Below, in pieces: positions 8,140 to 17,378 of a stretch of DNA of 64,000 nucleotides. The DNA comes from Minisyncoccota bacterium. GTDB lineage: Bacteria; Patescibacteriota; Minisyncoccia; UBA6257; 2-01-FULL-56-20. Each line of letters starts with the position of its first letter. Position 1 is the first letter of the stretch. The stretch is taken from NCBI GenBank assembly GCA_041664245.1, contig JBAYLC010000001.1:86654-150653 (forward strand). Direction: 5' to 3'. The notes under the pieces were generated by a model. The model saw only the letters and a list, made by a program, of their open reading frames with translations. It was not told the DNA's origin and did not search any database. Position numbers and translations under genes: made by a program.

Positions 8140-9906
8140 ATGCCGAACAATAATCCTTCCACATTAAAACGCATTATTTCGCTTCTTAGGGACCGCAAAA
8201 AAACGGTTATTTTTTTGTTTGCCCTTATAACTATTTCTCAAACCGCCAGTATCATCGCTCCGTTTATCTCTAAAACTTTGATTGATACTTTAACGGCCTT
8301 CATCAAAAACGGCGGGGGAGCAATGCCGTGGAATGCTTTGATTTATTGTGCGCTGGGAATCTTGGTCGTAACGGTTGTAAGTAGTATTTTACATTCCGTC
8401 TACAGCTACTATCTTTTTGAAATGGTCACCAAGGTAGAAGATAAACTCCGCAGTTTGGCGTTTGAAAAATATCTTCAACTTCACTCTCTTTTTCACCATA
8501 GCGCTTCAAGCGGCCAAATAATCGGTCGCATCGAACGGGGTGGAATTTCCTTTTACGCCATCGTAAACGACATCATTGGGGAAAATCTCGTTCCGCCGTT
8601 AATTATTTTCGCTGGTTCGTTTTTGGCGTTGCTCTACGAAAACGTCTGGATTGCCCTCGCCGTTTTAATTCCGTTTCCAATTTATCTTTTAGCCACTCGC
8701 CGAATCGCTAACAAAATTTATCTGATTGAACAGCGCTCGAATGACGCTTTTGAAAATGTCTCCAAAGAAATTTACGACGTCGCCGGCAATGTCTTAACCG
8801 TCAAAAAATTTTCCCAAGAAGAAGCTGAAAAAGAAAATCATGAAATGTTAATCGGCCAAGCGCGCGAAATTCAATACACCGCTGAAAAGCTTTGGGGAAA
8901 AATCGAAAGCATCCAAACCGCCATCGCCACCACCGGTCGCGTCGCCGTTCTAGCTTTAAGTGCTTGGTTCGTTTTAAAAGGCGACGCCACCATCGGCCAA
9001 TTTGTTTTGTATATCACCCTTCAGAATATGGCGTACCAGCCGCTCACCTCGCTCTCTTCTCTCTTCACTCGCATCCGCCGGAATATGACCCGCGTTGACC
9101 GCTTGTTTTCCATTCTCGACGAACCGCTTAGCGTTATCGACAAACCCAATGCTTCTGTCTTGGCGCCGCTAGAAAAACAAATTGAATTTAAAAATGTTTC
9201 CTTCTCGTATCGCAGTGATGATCAATTTGCGCTCAAAGATATAAATGTTTTAATTCCCGCCTCAACCACTATAGCCTTGGTCGGCCGGTCGGGGAGTGGA
9301 AAAACAACTTTCGCTAATTTACTGCTCCGTTCCTACGATCCGCAAAAAGGAGCCATTCTCGTGGACGGCGTTGATATCCGAGATGTCACGAAAGTAAGTT
9401 TGCGAAGTCAGATTGCGGTTGTGCCCCAAGAAGTCGATTTATTTTCCCGCACGGTTGCGGCGAACATTGCCTATGGCCGCGACGGCGTTTCGCGGGCGCA
9501 AATCGAAAATGCCGCCAAAACTGCTTTAGCCCACGACTTTATTCTTAAATTAGAAAATGGCTACGAAACTGTCGTCGGCGAAAGGGGAATCAAGCTCTCC
9601 GGCGGCGAGCGCCAAAGGATCGGCATCGCCCGCGCGGTTTTACGCGATCCTCGGATTTTGATTTTAGATGAAGCAACGAGCCAGCTCGACACCGAAAGCG
9701 AGCAGATTATTACCAAAGCCACCGACGCTTTGATTAAAAATCGAACTTCGCTGATTATCGCTCACCGGCTCTCCACCGTTATCCACGCCGATATGATTTT
9801 GGTTTTCAAAGACGGAGTGATTGAAGCAAAAGGCACCCACGCCGAGTTGCTCCAAAAAAGCCCAACCTACGCCAAACTTTATTCTCTCCAATTTGCCGAC
9901 GAATAA
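8140..9906 (+). CDS. ABC exporter, fused permease-ATPase (MsbA/ABCB-like)
   Basis: An N-terminal TMD of about 6 helices, then Walker A GRSGSGKTT, signature LSGGERQRIGIARA, and Walker B ILILDEATSQLD. Confidence 0.9.
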   Translation: MPNNNPSTLKRIISLLRDRKKTVIFLFALITISQTASIIAPFISKTLIDTLTAFIKNGGGAMPWNALIYCALGILVVTVVSSILHSVYSYYLFEMVTKVEDKLRSLAFEKYLQLHSLFHHSASSGQIIGRIERGGISFYAIVNDIIGENLVPPLIIFAGSFLALLYENVWIALAVLIPFPIYLLATRRIANKIYLIEQRSNDAFENVSKEIYDVAGNVLTVKKFSQEEAEKENHEMLIGQAREIQYTAEKLWGKIESIQTAIATTGRVAVLALSAWFVLKGDATIGQFVLYITLQNMAYQPLTSLSSLFTRIRRNMTRVDRLFSILDEPLSVIDKPNASVLAPLEKQIEFKNVSFSYRSDDQFALKDINVLIPASTTIALVGRSGSGKTTFANLLLRSYDPQKGAILVDGVDIRDVTKVSLRSQIAVVPQEVDLFSRTVAANIAYGRDGVSRAQIENAAKTALAHDFILKLENGYETVVGERGIKLSGGERQRIGIARAVLRDPRILILDEATSQLDTESEQIITKATDALIKNRTSLIIAHRLSTVIHADMILVFKDGVIEAKGTHAELLQKSPTYAKLYSLQFADE

Positions 9907-9944
9907 TTAAATACCCCCCCAAAAGCCGAGATTTTTTCCAACCA

Positions 9945-9973
9945 TTGACAAATTCTAGTAGTATTGCTATAAT
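9945..9973 (+). promoter_or_regulatory. consensus sigma70 promoter TTGACA-17-TATAAT (family member d)
   Basis: Hexamers at 9945-9950 and 9968-9973. The downstream ACAAAAAGCAAA is identical to member a. Confidence 0.6.
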
Positions 9974-10019
9974 ACAAAAAGCAAACTAGAAACTATATAT
10001 ACCCAAAGAGGAGGTTTTT

Positions 10020-10364
10020 ATGAATCCGTCCGTCCTGGCTCTTATCGGTTTGGCAATCATATTAGCGGCCTATGCAGTCGCCAAAAAGATGCGTCATTCC
10101 AGCAATTCCAATTTACAGCGCTCAACAATTCCAGTTCCGACCAGTCGCGAGCTTGTCACCGCCGGCAAGACTGCATCAAAGTCTAAGATTGGGGAACCCG
10201 TGAGGTTCCACAGTAAGCGTCATGGTTGGCGTGAAGGTATCTTTATGGGATACACGCGTGGTGGTCGGAAAATCTTGGTTGGTCTCTGGTGTAAAAACGG
10301 CCAGGACAAGTTTCAGGTCCGCCGCGCTGTTGCCAAAGTTGAGTTCTGCAATCCGTGCGCCTAA
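10020..10364 (+). CDS. hypothetical protein with N-terminal TM anchor
   Basis: ORF with an AGAGGAGG SD, its own promoter and its own terminator. Confidence 0.55.
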   Translation: MNPSVLALIGLAIILAAYAVAKKMRHSSNSNLQRSTIPVPTSRELVTAGKTASKSKIGEPVRFHSKRHGWREGIFMGYTRGGRKILVGLWCKNGQDKFQVRRAVAKVEFCNPCA

Positions 10365-10411
10365 GCCGACACTAGTTGCCTACCTAACCGGTCCCACCTG
10401 CCTCCGCCCGA

Positions 10412-10448
10412 GTCCCGCATCATCTGCCTTTGGTGTGGGACTTTTTTT
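10412..10448 (+). terminator. Rho-independent terminator
   Basis: GTCCCGC...GTGGGAC followed by T7. Confidence 0.5.
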
Positions 10449-10519
10449 ATTGACAAAAAACAGATTTAAGATAAAATACAGCCAGAAATTTACTGTAACC
10501 AATAAAGGAGGAATCCGCG

Positions 10520-10879
10520 ATGATAAATCCGGAACAGCTTGAGCTAGGTTTATTTATCTGGTGGCAAGCCAGTCGCGACGGAAGCCGCACCTGGGGTTGT
10601 CTGGGTAGAATTGAAGTAATATACCCGGGTGAAAACCTCTTCAAAGTTCGACTTTTCGATGATTTTTCCCTCGTCGAATTCAAAATCGAAAAACTCCAGG
10701 CCGAAGACGAGGTGTTTCTCGAGGAAATGAAAGTAGTTGATCCCGCCGAGACAAAGCAACTTCTCAAAAAACGTCTCGAAGATATGTCTTCGGAGTTTAG
10801 CGCCGTGACGGGGAAGGCTGAACATTTAGGGGCGGCAATGGGCATGATCCAGATGATACTGGAGGAGGCTAGTGTTTAG
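10520..10879 (+). CDS. hypothetical protein
   Basis: ORF with an AAGGAGG SD. A TTGACA-16-TAAAAT promoter lies at about 10451 and a terminator at 10910-10938. Confidence 0.55.
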   Translation: MINPEQLELGLFIWWQASRDGSRTWGCLGRIEVIYPGENLFKVRLFDDFSLVEFKIEKLQAEDEVFLEEMKVVDPAETKQLLKKRLEDMSSEFSAVTGKAEHLGAAMGMIQMILEEASV

Positions 10880-10909
10880 TACTAGCTAGTCCGCCGACAG
10901 CGCCATAAA

Positions 10910-10938
10910 GGGTGAGCTTACCAAAGCCCACCCTTTTT
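10910..10938 (+). terminator. Rho-independent terminator
   Basis: GGGTGAGC-ttaccaaa-GCCCACCC followed by TTTTT. Confidence 0.55.
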
Positions 10939-10970
10939 CCTTTTCTTAGTGTTATAATAAAAAGCAACAA

Positions 10971-12020
10971 ATGGAAATTTCCAAACTCCCCGAATACGAC
11001 AATCACGAACTCATTTCTTACTTCAACGACAAAAAAACCGGCCTCCGCGGATTTATTGCTATTCATAATACAAATCTTGGTCCTACTGCTGGTGGTACTA
11101 GATACTTCCAATATAAATCCGAAGAAGAAGCGCTTCGTGATGTTTTGCGCCTGTCGAAAGCAATGACATATAAATGCGCTCTTGCCGGCGTGCCTCATGG
11201 CGGCGCGAAAGCAGTTATTATTAAGGATCCCAAATTTCCTAAAAATGAAAAATTTTTAGCCGCCTACGCCAAGCGAATTAATCTTTTGAACGGTAATTTT
11301 TCCACTGGTGAGGATGTCGGTATCTCACAAGAAGACGTAAATATTCTAAGCAAATATTCTAAATTTATGATCGGCCATAAGAACCTTGCCGGCGACCCAA
11401 GTCCCTGGGCTGGTCTCGGTGTTTTTTGGGCGATGCATGCCGCTCTTCAATCGGTTTTTGGCAATGATAAATTTTCCGACAAAAGCTTTGCTATTAAAGG
11501 TCTCGGTAAAGTTGGTTTTAGTTTATTAGAGTTAATTTATAAAAACGGCGGTCGAAACATCTTTGTCACCGATATAAATAAAGAAACAGCTAACATCGCT
11601 AAGAAAAAATTTCCCGAAATTAAAATTGTCAGTCCGAATATAATCCACAAACAAAAAGTTGATGTTTACGCTCCTTGCGCCATGGGTGCGGAATTTACCG
11701 AAACTACGATTAAAGAATTAAAATGCAGAATTATTTGCGGCGGCGCCAATAATCAATTAGCCAACAAGAAAATCGGCGAAGATTTACATAAGAAAAAAAT
11801 CCTGTATATTCCCGACTATCTCGCTAACGGCGGGGGATTAATAAACGTCGTCAGCGAACTTCGGCCGGAAGGATTCAGCCGCAACTGGGTGGAGCAAAAA
11901 ACTAAAGCTATCTGTCAAACTGCCCAAAAAATTATTGACCTATCAAAGAAACAAAACAAGTCCACTAGTGAAGTTGCCGATCGTCTAGCTGAAAGTATTT
12001 TTGGAGCAAAGAGTATTTAA
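10971..12020 (+). CDS. Glu/Leu/Phe/Val dehydrogenase family enzyme, leucine (or phenylalanine) dehydrogenase-like
   Basis: The match to LeuDH runs end to end: IAIHNTNLGPTAGGTRY, GLGKVG (NAD binding), and GGANNQL...YIPDYLANGGGLINV. An extended -10 TGtTATAAT at 10950-10958 sits just upstream. Confidence 0.85.
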   Translation: MEISKLPEYDNHELISYFNDKKTGLRGFIAIHNTNLGPTAGGTRYFQYKSEEEALRDVLRLSKAMTYKCALAGVPHGGAKAVIIKDPKFPKNEKFLAAYAKRINLLNGNFSTGEDVGISQEDVNILSKYSKFMIGHKNLAGDPSPWAGLGVFWAMHAALQSVFGNDKFSDKSFAIKGLGKVGFSLLELIYKNGGRNIFVTDINKETANIAKKKFPEIKIVSPNIIHKQKVDVYAPCAMGAEFTETTIKELKCRIICGGANNQLANKKIGEDLHKKKILYIPDYLANGGGLINVVSELRPEGFSRNWVEQKTKAICQTAQKIIDLSKKQNKSTSEVADRLAESIFGAKSI

Positions 12021-12050
12021 AATCGCCATATTTTATGATACAATTTCGCC

Positions 12051-13562
12051 GTGGCAGACATCGAGCCAAACGATAGAAACGCTCGCAAAATCCTTTCGCT
12101 CATAAGGACAAAAAAGGATAATTTTTGGTCTCGTGAGCGGGAACAACGGCCTCTCAAACTTTTTCACGAAGCCGCCCGCCGCGTTCCGGCGTATAAAGAT
12201 TTTCTAAAAAAGAATCATATTGATCCTAATAAAATTAAAAATTTTAAGGATTTTCAGCAAGTTCCCCTCACTAGCAAAAAAGATTATTTAAGAAAATATC
12301 CGCTTGAAAAATTATCCTGGGACGGCCACCTAAAAAAACCAATTATATTTACCTCTACCTCTGGTTCAACTGGTGAACCTTTCTATTTCCCAAGAGAACA
12401 TAAACTTGATTGGGATTATTCAATTCTTCTAGAACTATTTCTAAAAAATAGCTCCTATCAATCAGAGGGGCCAGTTCTCATTATTGTCGGATTTGGTATG
12501 GGTGTTTGGATTGGCGGCCTTATAACTTATCAAGGTTTCGAAATTGCCGGTCGCCGCAGTGGTTTACCAATTTCAATAATTACTCCTGGTATCAATAAGT
12601 CAGAAATTTTTCACGCCCTTAGAAATTTATCTCCCAATTTTAAAGAAACTATTATCGTTGGATATCCGCCGTTCATCAAAGATATTATTGATGAAGCTAA
12701 AGAAGCAAAAGTTGATTTTCGAAAAATTAATCTTCGTTTTTTATCGGCTGCCGAAGCCTATACCGAAAAATTTCGCGACTACGTAGTAAATAAAGGATTT
12801 ATAAAAAACACCCTTGCGGATGTGTTGAATGTTTATGGTACTGCCGATATTGGAGCAATGGCTTGGGAAACTCCGACTTCCATATGGATTAGAAGACAGC
12901 TAATTAAAAGAAAAAATGTTTTCGAAAAAGTTTTCCCTCATATTGTAAAAACTCCGACTCTCGCCCAATATAATCCGTTCTTTATAACTTTTGAAAGCCA
13001 AAATGAAGAAGTTATTCTCTCTGGAAATAATACAGTTCCTCTTATTCGTTACGCTGTCGGCGATCATGGCGGTGTTTATAATTTTTCGGAGCTAAAAAAT
13101 ATTTTAGATTCTAATAATATAAACATTAAATCAAAAACAGCGCTTTCAGAATTAAGAGGCAATATTTACGAATTGCCATTCGTTTATGTCTACGAACGCA
13201 AGGATCTCTCAACCACTCTTTGCGGTCTTCAAATTTATCCTGAAATTATTCGTGAAGCTCTACTTAATCCAATTATCTCTGAATTTTTAACCGGCAAATT
13301 TACGATGTTTACTAAGTTTGATAAAAAACAAAATCAATTTCTTGAACTTAACTTGGAGTTAAGGAAAAATAAAAAAATTACACCCGCACAGTCTAAGAAA
13401 GCCCAAGATGTAATTGTTTTAAATTTACGACTTAAAATTTCAGAATTTCGGGAACTCCATAATTATTTAAAGAAAAGGGCTTTGCCAAAACTTGTTTTTT
13501 GGCCAAGCGAACATCCGCTTTATTTTAGGCCGGGCGTAAAACAAAAATGGGTTAAAAAATAA
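12051..13562 (+). CDS. PaaK-like adenylate-forming enzyme (phenylacetate-CoA ligase / coenzyme F390 synthetase family)
   Basis: P-loop motif TSTSGSTGEPFYFP and a later YGTAD motif, typical of the ANL/PaaK superfamily. GTG start 7 nt after an extended -10 TGaTACAAT, so the mRNA would be leaderless. Confidence 0.65.
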   Translation: MADIEPNDRNARKILSLIRTKKDNFWSREREQRPLKLFHEAARRVPAYKDFLKKNHIDPNKIKNFKDFQQVPLTSKKDYLRKYPLEKLSWDGHLKKPIIFTSTSGSTGEPFYFPREHKLDWDYSILLELFLKNSSYQSEGPVLIIVGFGMGVWIGGLITYQGFEIAGRRSGLPISIITPGINKSEIFHALRNLSPNFKETIIVGYPPFIKDIIDEAKEAKVDFRKINLRFLSAAEAYTEKFRDYVVNKGFIKNTLADVLNVYGTADIGAMAWETPTSIWIRRQLIKRKNVFEKVFPHIVKTPTLAQYNPFFITFESQNEEVILSGNNTVPLIRYAVGDHGGVYNFSELKNILDSNNINIKSKTALSELRGNIYELPFVYVYERKDLSTTLCGLQIYPEIIREALLNPIISEFLTGKFTMFTKFDKKQNQFLELNLELRKNKKITPAQSKKAQDVIVLNLRLKISEFRELHNYLKKRALPKLVFWPSEHPLYFRPGVKQKWVKK

Positions 13563-14606
13563 ATGAAGTTTTCGGCTGACAATATAAGAAAAATCGACAA
13601 GGAGGATTTTTGGAAATTATCCGGCGGGGAAGACAGAATAAAATTTCTTCTTCGTTACGGAGTTTTAGCTCCCTCAACTCATAATAGCCAGCCCTGGCTG
13701 TTTAAGATTTTTCCAAGCTCAGTAGAAATTTATTACAACAAAGAAAAAGAAATCATTGAGGCCGATCCCCATGGTCGGGATTTATTTATAAGTTTTGGTT
13801 GTTTAATAGAAAACATTGTCACTGCCGCATCCTTTTTTGGAGTTGATACAGAAGTAAAATATTTGCCGGCTAAAGAAGTGAAGAACGAATTAATCGCGAC
13901 AATTGTTTTTAGTAATCTAAAAAACAATGACTTTTCACCGAATAAAGACGACTCGCTTTTGAATATTATCAAAACTAGAATTAATGCTCGAGGAATTTTT
14001 GAGAATAAAACAATTTCTCCAGATACGGTAAACAAGCTTATTTCTCTTAATGAAGATCCCAATATTAAAATAAATTTTATTACTGACAAGAAAAAAATCA
14101 ATCGTATTGCAGAGCTAACCGAACTTGGGCTTCACGAAGCCTACGCAAGAAAAAAATTCCGTATGGAAATGTCTAAATGGTTGAATCACAACCTTTCTAG
14201 TAAAAAAGAAGGCATTCCGGGATTTTCCTTGAGGATGTCTCTTTTAATCTCTTTAGCATTTCCGAAATTAGTTAAATTTCTCAATGTCGGTAAAGCCGTC
14301 GGAGTTTTGAATTACAAAAGCGCCGCTTCCGCTCCTGGTATTGTTATAATTGGTTCGAAAGACAATCAACCGGAAACTTTTCTTAAGGTCGGAAGAATAG
14401 CGGAAAGGTTAATGCTTCATTGTAAGCTTTATAATCTAAAAACATCCATTTTTCTTGCTTCGATAGAGATGGGGGACTACTGGAAAGAAATTCAAAAAAT
14501 TACAGAAAACGATTTTTTCCCCCAATTTATTTTTTGCATAGGATATCTAAATTACAATCAAAAATACAATTTTCGTTATAGAGTCGAAGAAAAAATTATA
14601 AAATAA
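13563..14606 (+). CDS. nitroreductase-fold flavoprotein (SagB/McbC-like or Acg-like double nitroreductase domain)
   Basis: APSTHNSQPW nitroreductase signature near the N-terminus. At 347 aa it is longer than single-domain nitroreductases. Its start abuts the previous stop. Confidence 0.6.
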   Translation: MKFSADNIRKIDKEDFWKLSGGEDRIKFLLRYGVLAPSTHNSQPWLFKIFPSSVEIYYNKEKEIIEADPHGRDLFISFGCLIENIVTAASFFGVDTEVKYLPAKEVKNELIATIVFSNLKNNDFSPNKDDSLLNIIKTRINARGIFENKTISPDTVNKLISLNEDPNIKINFITDKKKINRIAELTELGLHEAYARKKFRMEMSKWLNHNLSSKKEGIPGFSLRMSLLISLAFPKLVKFLNVGKAVGVLNYKSAASAPGIVIIGSKDNQPETFLKVGRIAERLMLHCKLYNLKTSIFLASIEMGDYWKEIQKITENDFFPQFIFCIGYLNYNQKYNFRYRVEEKIIK

Positions 14607-14610
14607 AAAA

Positions 14611-15741
14611 ATGCCTAAAAAATCGCCATCTTTAGAGAAAAAAATTAACAACCTAATCTATAATCGCGACTTGCAAAATTTTGAGCCCATCGTATTTGAC
14701 CTTAATATTTCTACCCATGAGGAAAAAATTTCGAAGCTGATCGAGAGAAAAGAAATTATTGAGATCGTCGATGATTTCTCCGTTCAACAAGAAGAATTAG
14801 CCCTGATAAAAAATCCAACCCTTCTTTCTAATCAGGAAAAACTCAAGAAAATTTTACTTTCATTTAAAGGATTAGATATAAATCATGGGAAATGGGTCTT
14901 TTATCCTTGGCGGCGGACTTTGGTTCATCTTTTAGATAGCAGAGATTTTCAAAGAGTTAAAACTTCTAGAAATCTAAACCTTATTTTACCTCAAGAGCAG
15001 CAAAAATTTGAAAAAGCCAAAATCGGGATTGCCGGCTTAAATGTTGGTAATCCAGCCGCCATCTGCCTTGCTCTCGAGGGAGTGGGAGAAATTAAATTAG
15101 CCGACATTGATCCGCTCTCTCTTTCCAATCTCAATCGCTTTCGCGCCGGAGTTTGTGATTTGGGTTTGAATAAAGTCACTCTTTCCGCTCGCCAAATAAA
15201 AGAGATTAATCCATTTTCTAAATTATCGGTATTTTTTAATGGCATCGTTGCCGGCCGAACAGAAGAGTTTCTGCTGAATCCCAAAATTGATGTTTTAGTG
15301 GAGGAAATGGACAACTTAAGATTGAAACTGGAGATTCGAGAAAAAGCTAGAAAGAATAGAATTCCCGTCGTCATGGTTACCGGCAACGGGCCAAACGTTA
15401 TTATTGATATTGAGCGGTTTGATAAAAATCCCAATCTTAAATTCTTGAGTGGTTATCTTAAAGAAGATTATCTTAAAAGATTAAAAACTTTAGACTTATC
15501 AAAATTAAAAGTTAATCAAAAAGTTTTATTAGCTCGCGATTTTATGGGCGCTCGTTATCTCACTAAACGCCTGCAAGATTCCTTCCTCTTGGTCGGTTCA
15601 AAATTAGCCGGTATTCCCCAGCTTGCCGAATCGAGTTTTCTAAGAGGAGCGGCGGTCTGCTATTTTGTCCGGCAAATTGTTTTAGGCAAAAATGTTCCCT
15701 CAGGAAGATATAATCTTAATCTCGAGGACATCCTAAAATAA
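14611..15741 (+). CDS. ThiF/MoeB/E1-like protein with ~130-aa N-terminal extension
   Basis: Rossmann region IGIAGLNVGNPAAICLALEGVGEIKLADID, an SLSNLNRF motif (compare ELSNLNRQ), and DVLVEEMDNL...IPVVMVTGNGPN. Confidence 0.7.
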   Translation: MPKKSPSLEKKINNLIYNRDLQNFEPIVFDLNISTHEEKISKLIERKEIIEIVDDFSVQQEELALIKNPTLLSNQEKLKKILLSFKGLDINHGKWVFYPWRRTLVHLLDSRDFQRVKTSRNLNLILPQEQQKFEKAKIGIAGLNVGNPAAICLALEGVGEIKLADIDPLSLSNLNRFRAGVCDLGLNKVTLSARQIKEINPFSKLSVFFNGIVAGRTEEFLLNPKIDVLVEEMDNLRLKLEIREKARKNRIPVVMVTGNGPNVIIDIERFDKNPNLKFLSGYLKEDYLKRLKTLDLSKLKVNQKVLLARDFMGARYLTKRLQDSFLLVGSKLAGIPQLAESSFLRGAAVCYFVRQIVLGKNVPSGRYNLNLEDILK

Positions 15742-15751
15742 TTTTTAGTTT

Positions 15752-17353
15752 ATGCTGGCCAACAACTTAAATTTATTTTTTACTTTCTTGGGAGCTTCAG
15801 CTACCGCCTTTTTGGGGTTTTTGGTTTTTCTTCATGACAGAAAAAGTTGCACAAATAAAATCTTTATTATCCATTCCTTTATAGCGATAGTTTGGGCAGT
15901 TGTAAATTATTTTTCTCTAAATCCGCCAGATAATAACAATTTGCTTTGGATTCGACTCGTTATATTTTTCGCCGTGCCATACGTGCTTGTTTTTCTTTTA
16001 TTAGTTTTAAATTTCCCCAATGAAAGATTAATAATCAAAAAAAGAAATCTTTTTTTGATTATTTTCTTGATGATAGTGATGATGGCGGGTGCGCTATCTC
16101 CTTTTGTTTTTCAAGAGCTCATTTCCTCAACCTCAACCCAAGTTTCGCCCACTCCGGGAATTTTGATGCCCCTCTTTGGTCCCTTGCTGGTATTTTTCTT
16201 TTTGCTCAGTTTCTTCTTGGTTATAAAAAAATATTTTAAATCAGACGGAGTCGCCAGAAGACAGTGGTTATTTATCGGTTCTGGGCTTTTAGTTGCTTAC
16301 ACGCTTTTGATATTTTTCGTCTTTGTGCGAGTAGTCGTTTATCAAGATACAACATTTGTCATTTATTCCCCGTTGTTTATTCTTCCAATTTTTGCCGGCA
16401 CAGCTTTTGCTATTCTTAAACATCAACTTTTTCGAGTAAAAGTTATTGCCACAGAAATTCTTATTTTTGGTCTTTTGGCTGTTAGTCTTATTCAACTATT
16501 CCTATCCGAAAGCACATTAGCTCTCGTAATTAATCTATGGATTTCCGCTCTCTTGCTTTTAGTCGGCGTTCTGTTAATTCGAAGCGTTTTAAAAGAAGTT
16601 CGCGAGCGTGAACAACTCCAGGACTTAACCAAACAGCTCCAAGACGTTAACGCGAAACTCGATAATTTAAGCCGATTCAAAAGCCAAATGCTTTCCTTGG
16701 CTGCTCACCAAATTAAAGCTCCGCTCGCCACAATAAAAGGATTCTCAACAATCCTAATCGACGGCCTCTATGGCCCAGTCACCGACAAAATTAAAGACAC
16801 CCTCAAAAAAATTCGTTTCTCCGCCGACGACCTGATTAATTTAATCAACACTCTTCTTGACCTTCGCCATGTTGAAGAGGGGAAAATGGACTATAATTTT
16901 CAGGCCGTAAAAATTAAAGACGTCGCCACCGAGGCTTTTGATGTTATTAAATTTCCCGCCCAACAAAAGGGGATTCAATTCACTCTTGATTGCTCAACTG
17001 AAGCGAACGTAAACGCCGATCCCCAAAAGCTCAAACAAGTCCTTCAAAATTTAATTGATAATGCCGTCAAATACACCTCCGAGGGTTTTGTTAAAGTTGA
17101 TCTGAAAGAAGAAGATGGTTTTGTGATTTTCTCCGTTACCGACTCTGGCCTTGGCATTCCCGCCGATCTTTTACCCCATCTTTTTGACGAAGAGTTCGTT
17201 CGCGATGAACGGGTTAAAAAAGAAATTCTTGGTACCGGCTTAGGTCTCTACATCGCCAAAAAAATTATCAACGACCATCGCGGCGAAATCGGCGTTAAAT
17301 CCGACGGCCCCGGCAAGGGAAGTTGCTTCTTTGTAAGATTAAAGAAAATTTAA
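15752..17353 (+). CDS. sensor histidine kinase with large polytopic N-terminal membrane domain
   Basis: About 8 predicted TM helices, then HisKA (AAHQIKAPLATIKGF), N box DNAVKYT, G1 DSGLGIP and G2 GTGLGLYIAKKII. Confidence 0.85.
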   Translation: MLANNLNLFFTFLGASATAFLGFLVFLHDRKSCTNKIFIIHSFIAIVWAVVNYFSLNPPDNNNLLWIRLVIFFAVPYVLVFLLLVLNFPNERLIIKKRNLFLIIFLMIVMMAGALSPFVFQELISSTSTQVSPTPGILMPLFGPLLVFFFLLSFFLVIKKYFKSDGVARRQWLFIGSGLLVAYTLLIFFVFVRVVVYQDTTFVIYSPLFILPIFAGTAFAILKHQLFRVKVIATEILIFGLLAVSLIQLFLSESTLALVINLWISALLLLVGVLLIRSVLKEVREREQLQDLTKQLQDVNAKLDNLSRFKSQMLSLAAHQIKAPLATIKGFSTILIDGLYGPVTDKIKDTLKKIRFSADDLINLINTLLDLRHVEEGKMDYNFQAVKIKDVATEAFDVIKFPAQQKGIQFTLDCSTEANVNADPQKLKQVLQNLIDNAVKYTSEGFVKVDLKEEDGFVIFSVTDSGLGIPADLLPHLFDEEFVRDERVKKEILGTGLGLYIAKKIINDHRGEIGVKSDGPGKGSCFFVRLKKI

Positions 17354-17356
17354 AAA

Positions 17357-17377
17357 CCCCGCTTCCGCGGGGTTTTT
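17357..17377. terminator. bidirectional Rho-independent terminator between convergent HK and rpmE
   Basis: CCCCGC-ttcc-GCGGGG flanked by A5 upstream and T5 downstream. Confidence 0.7.
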
Positions 17378-17378
17378 C

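Noticed and set aside
14991-15434. Antisense ORFs inside long genes (also 10447..10845, 26653..27051, 58990..59379, 33989..34330, and others)
   Set aside because: They overlap well-supported CDS on the opposite strand and have no independent start signals. They are typical shadow ORFs.
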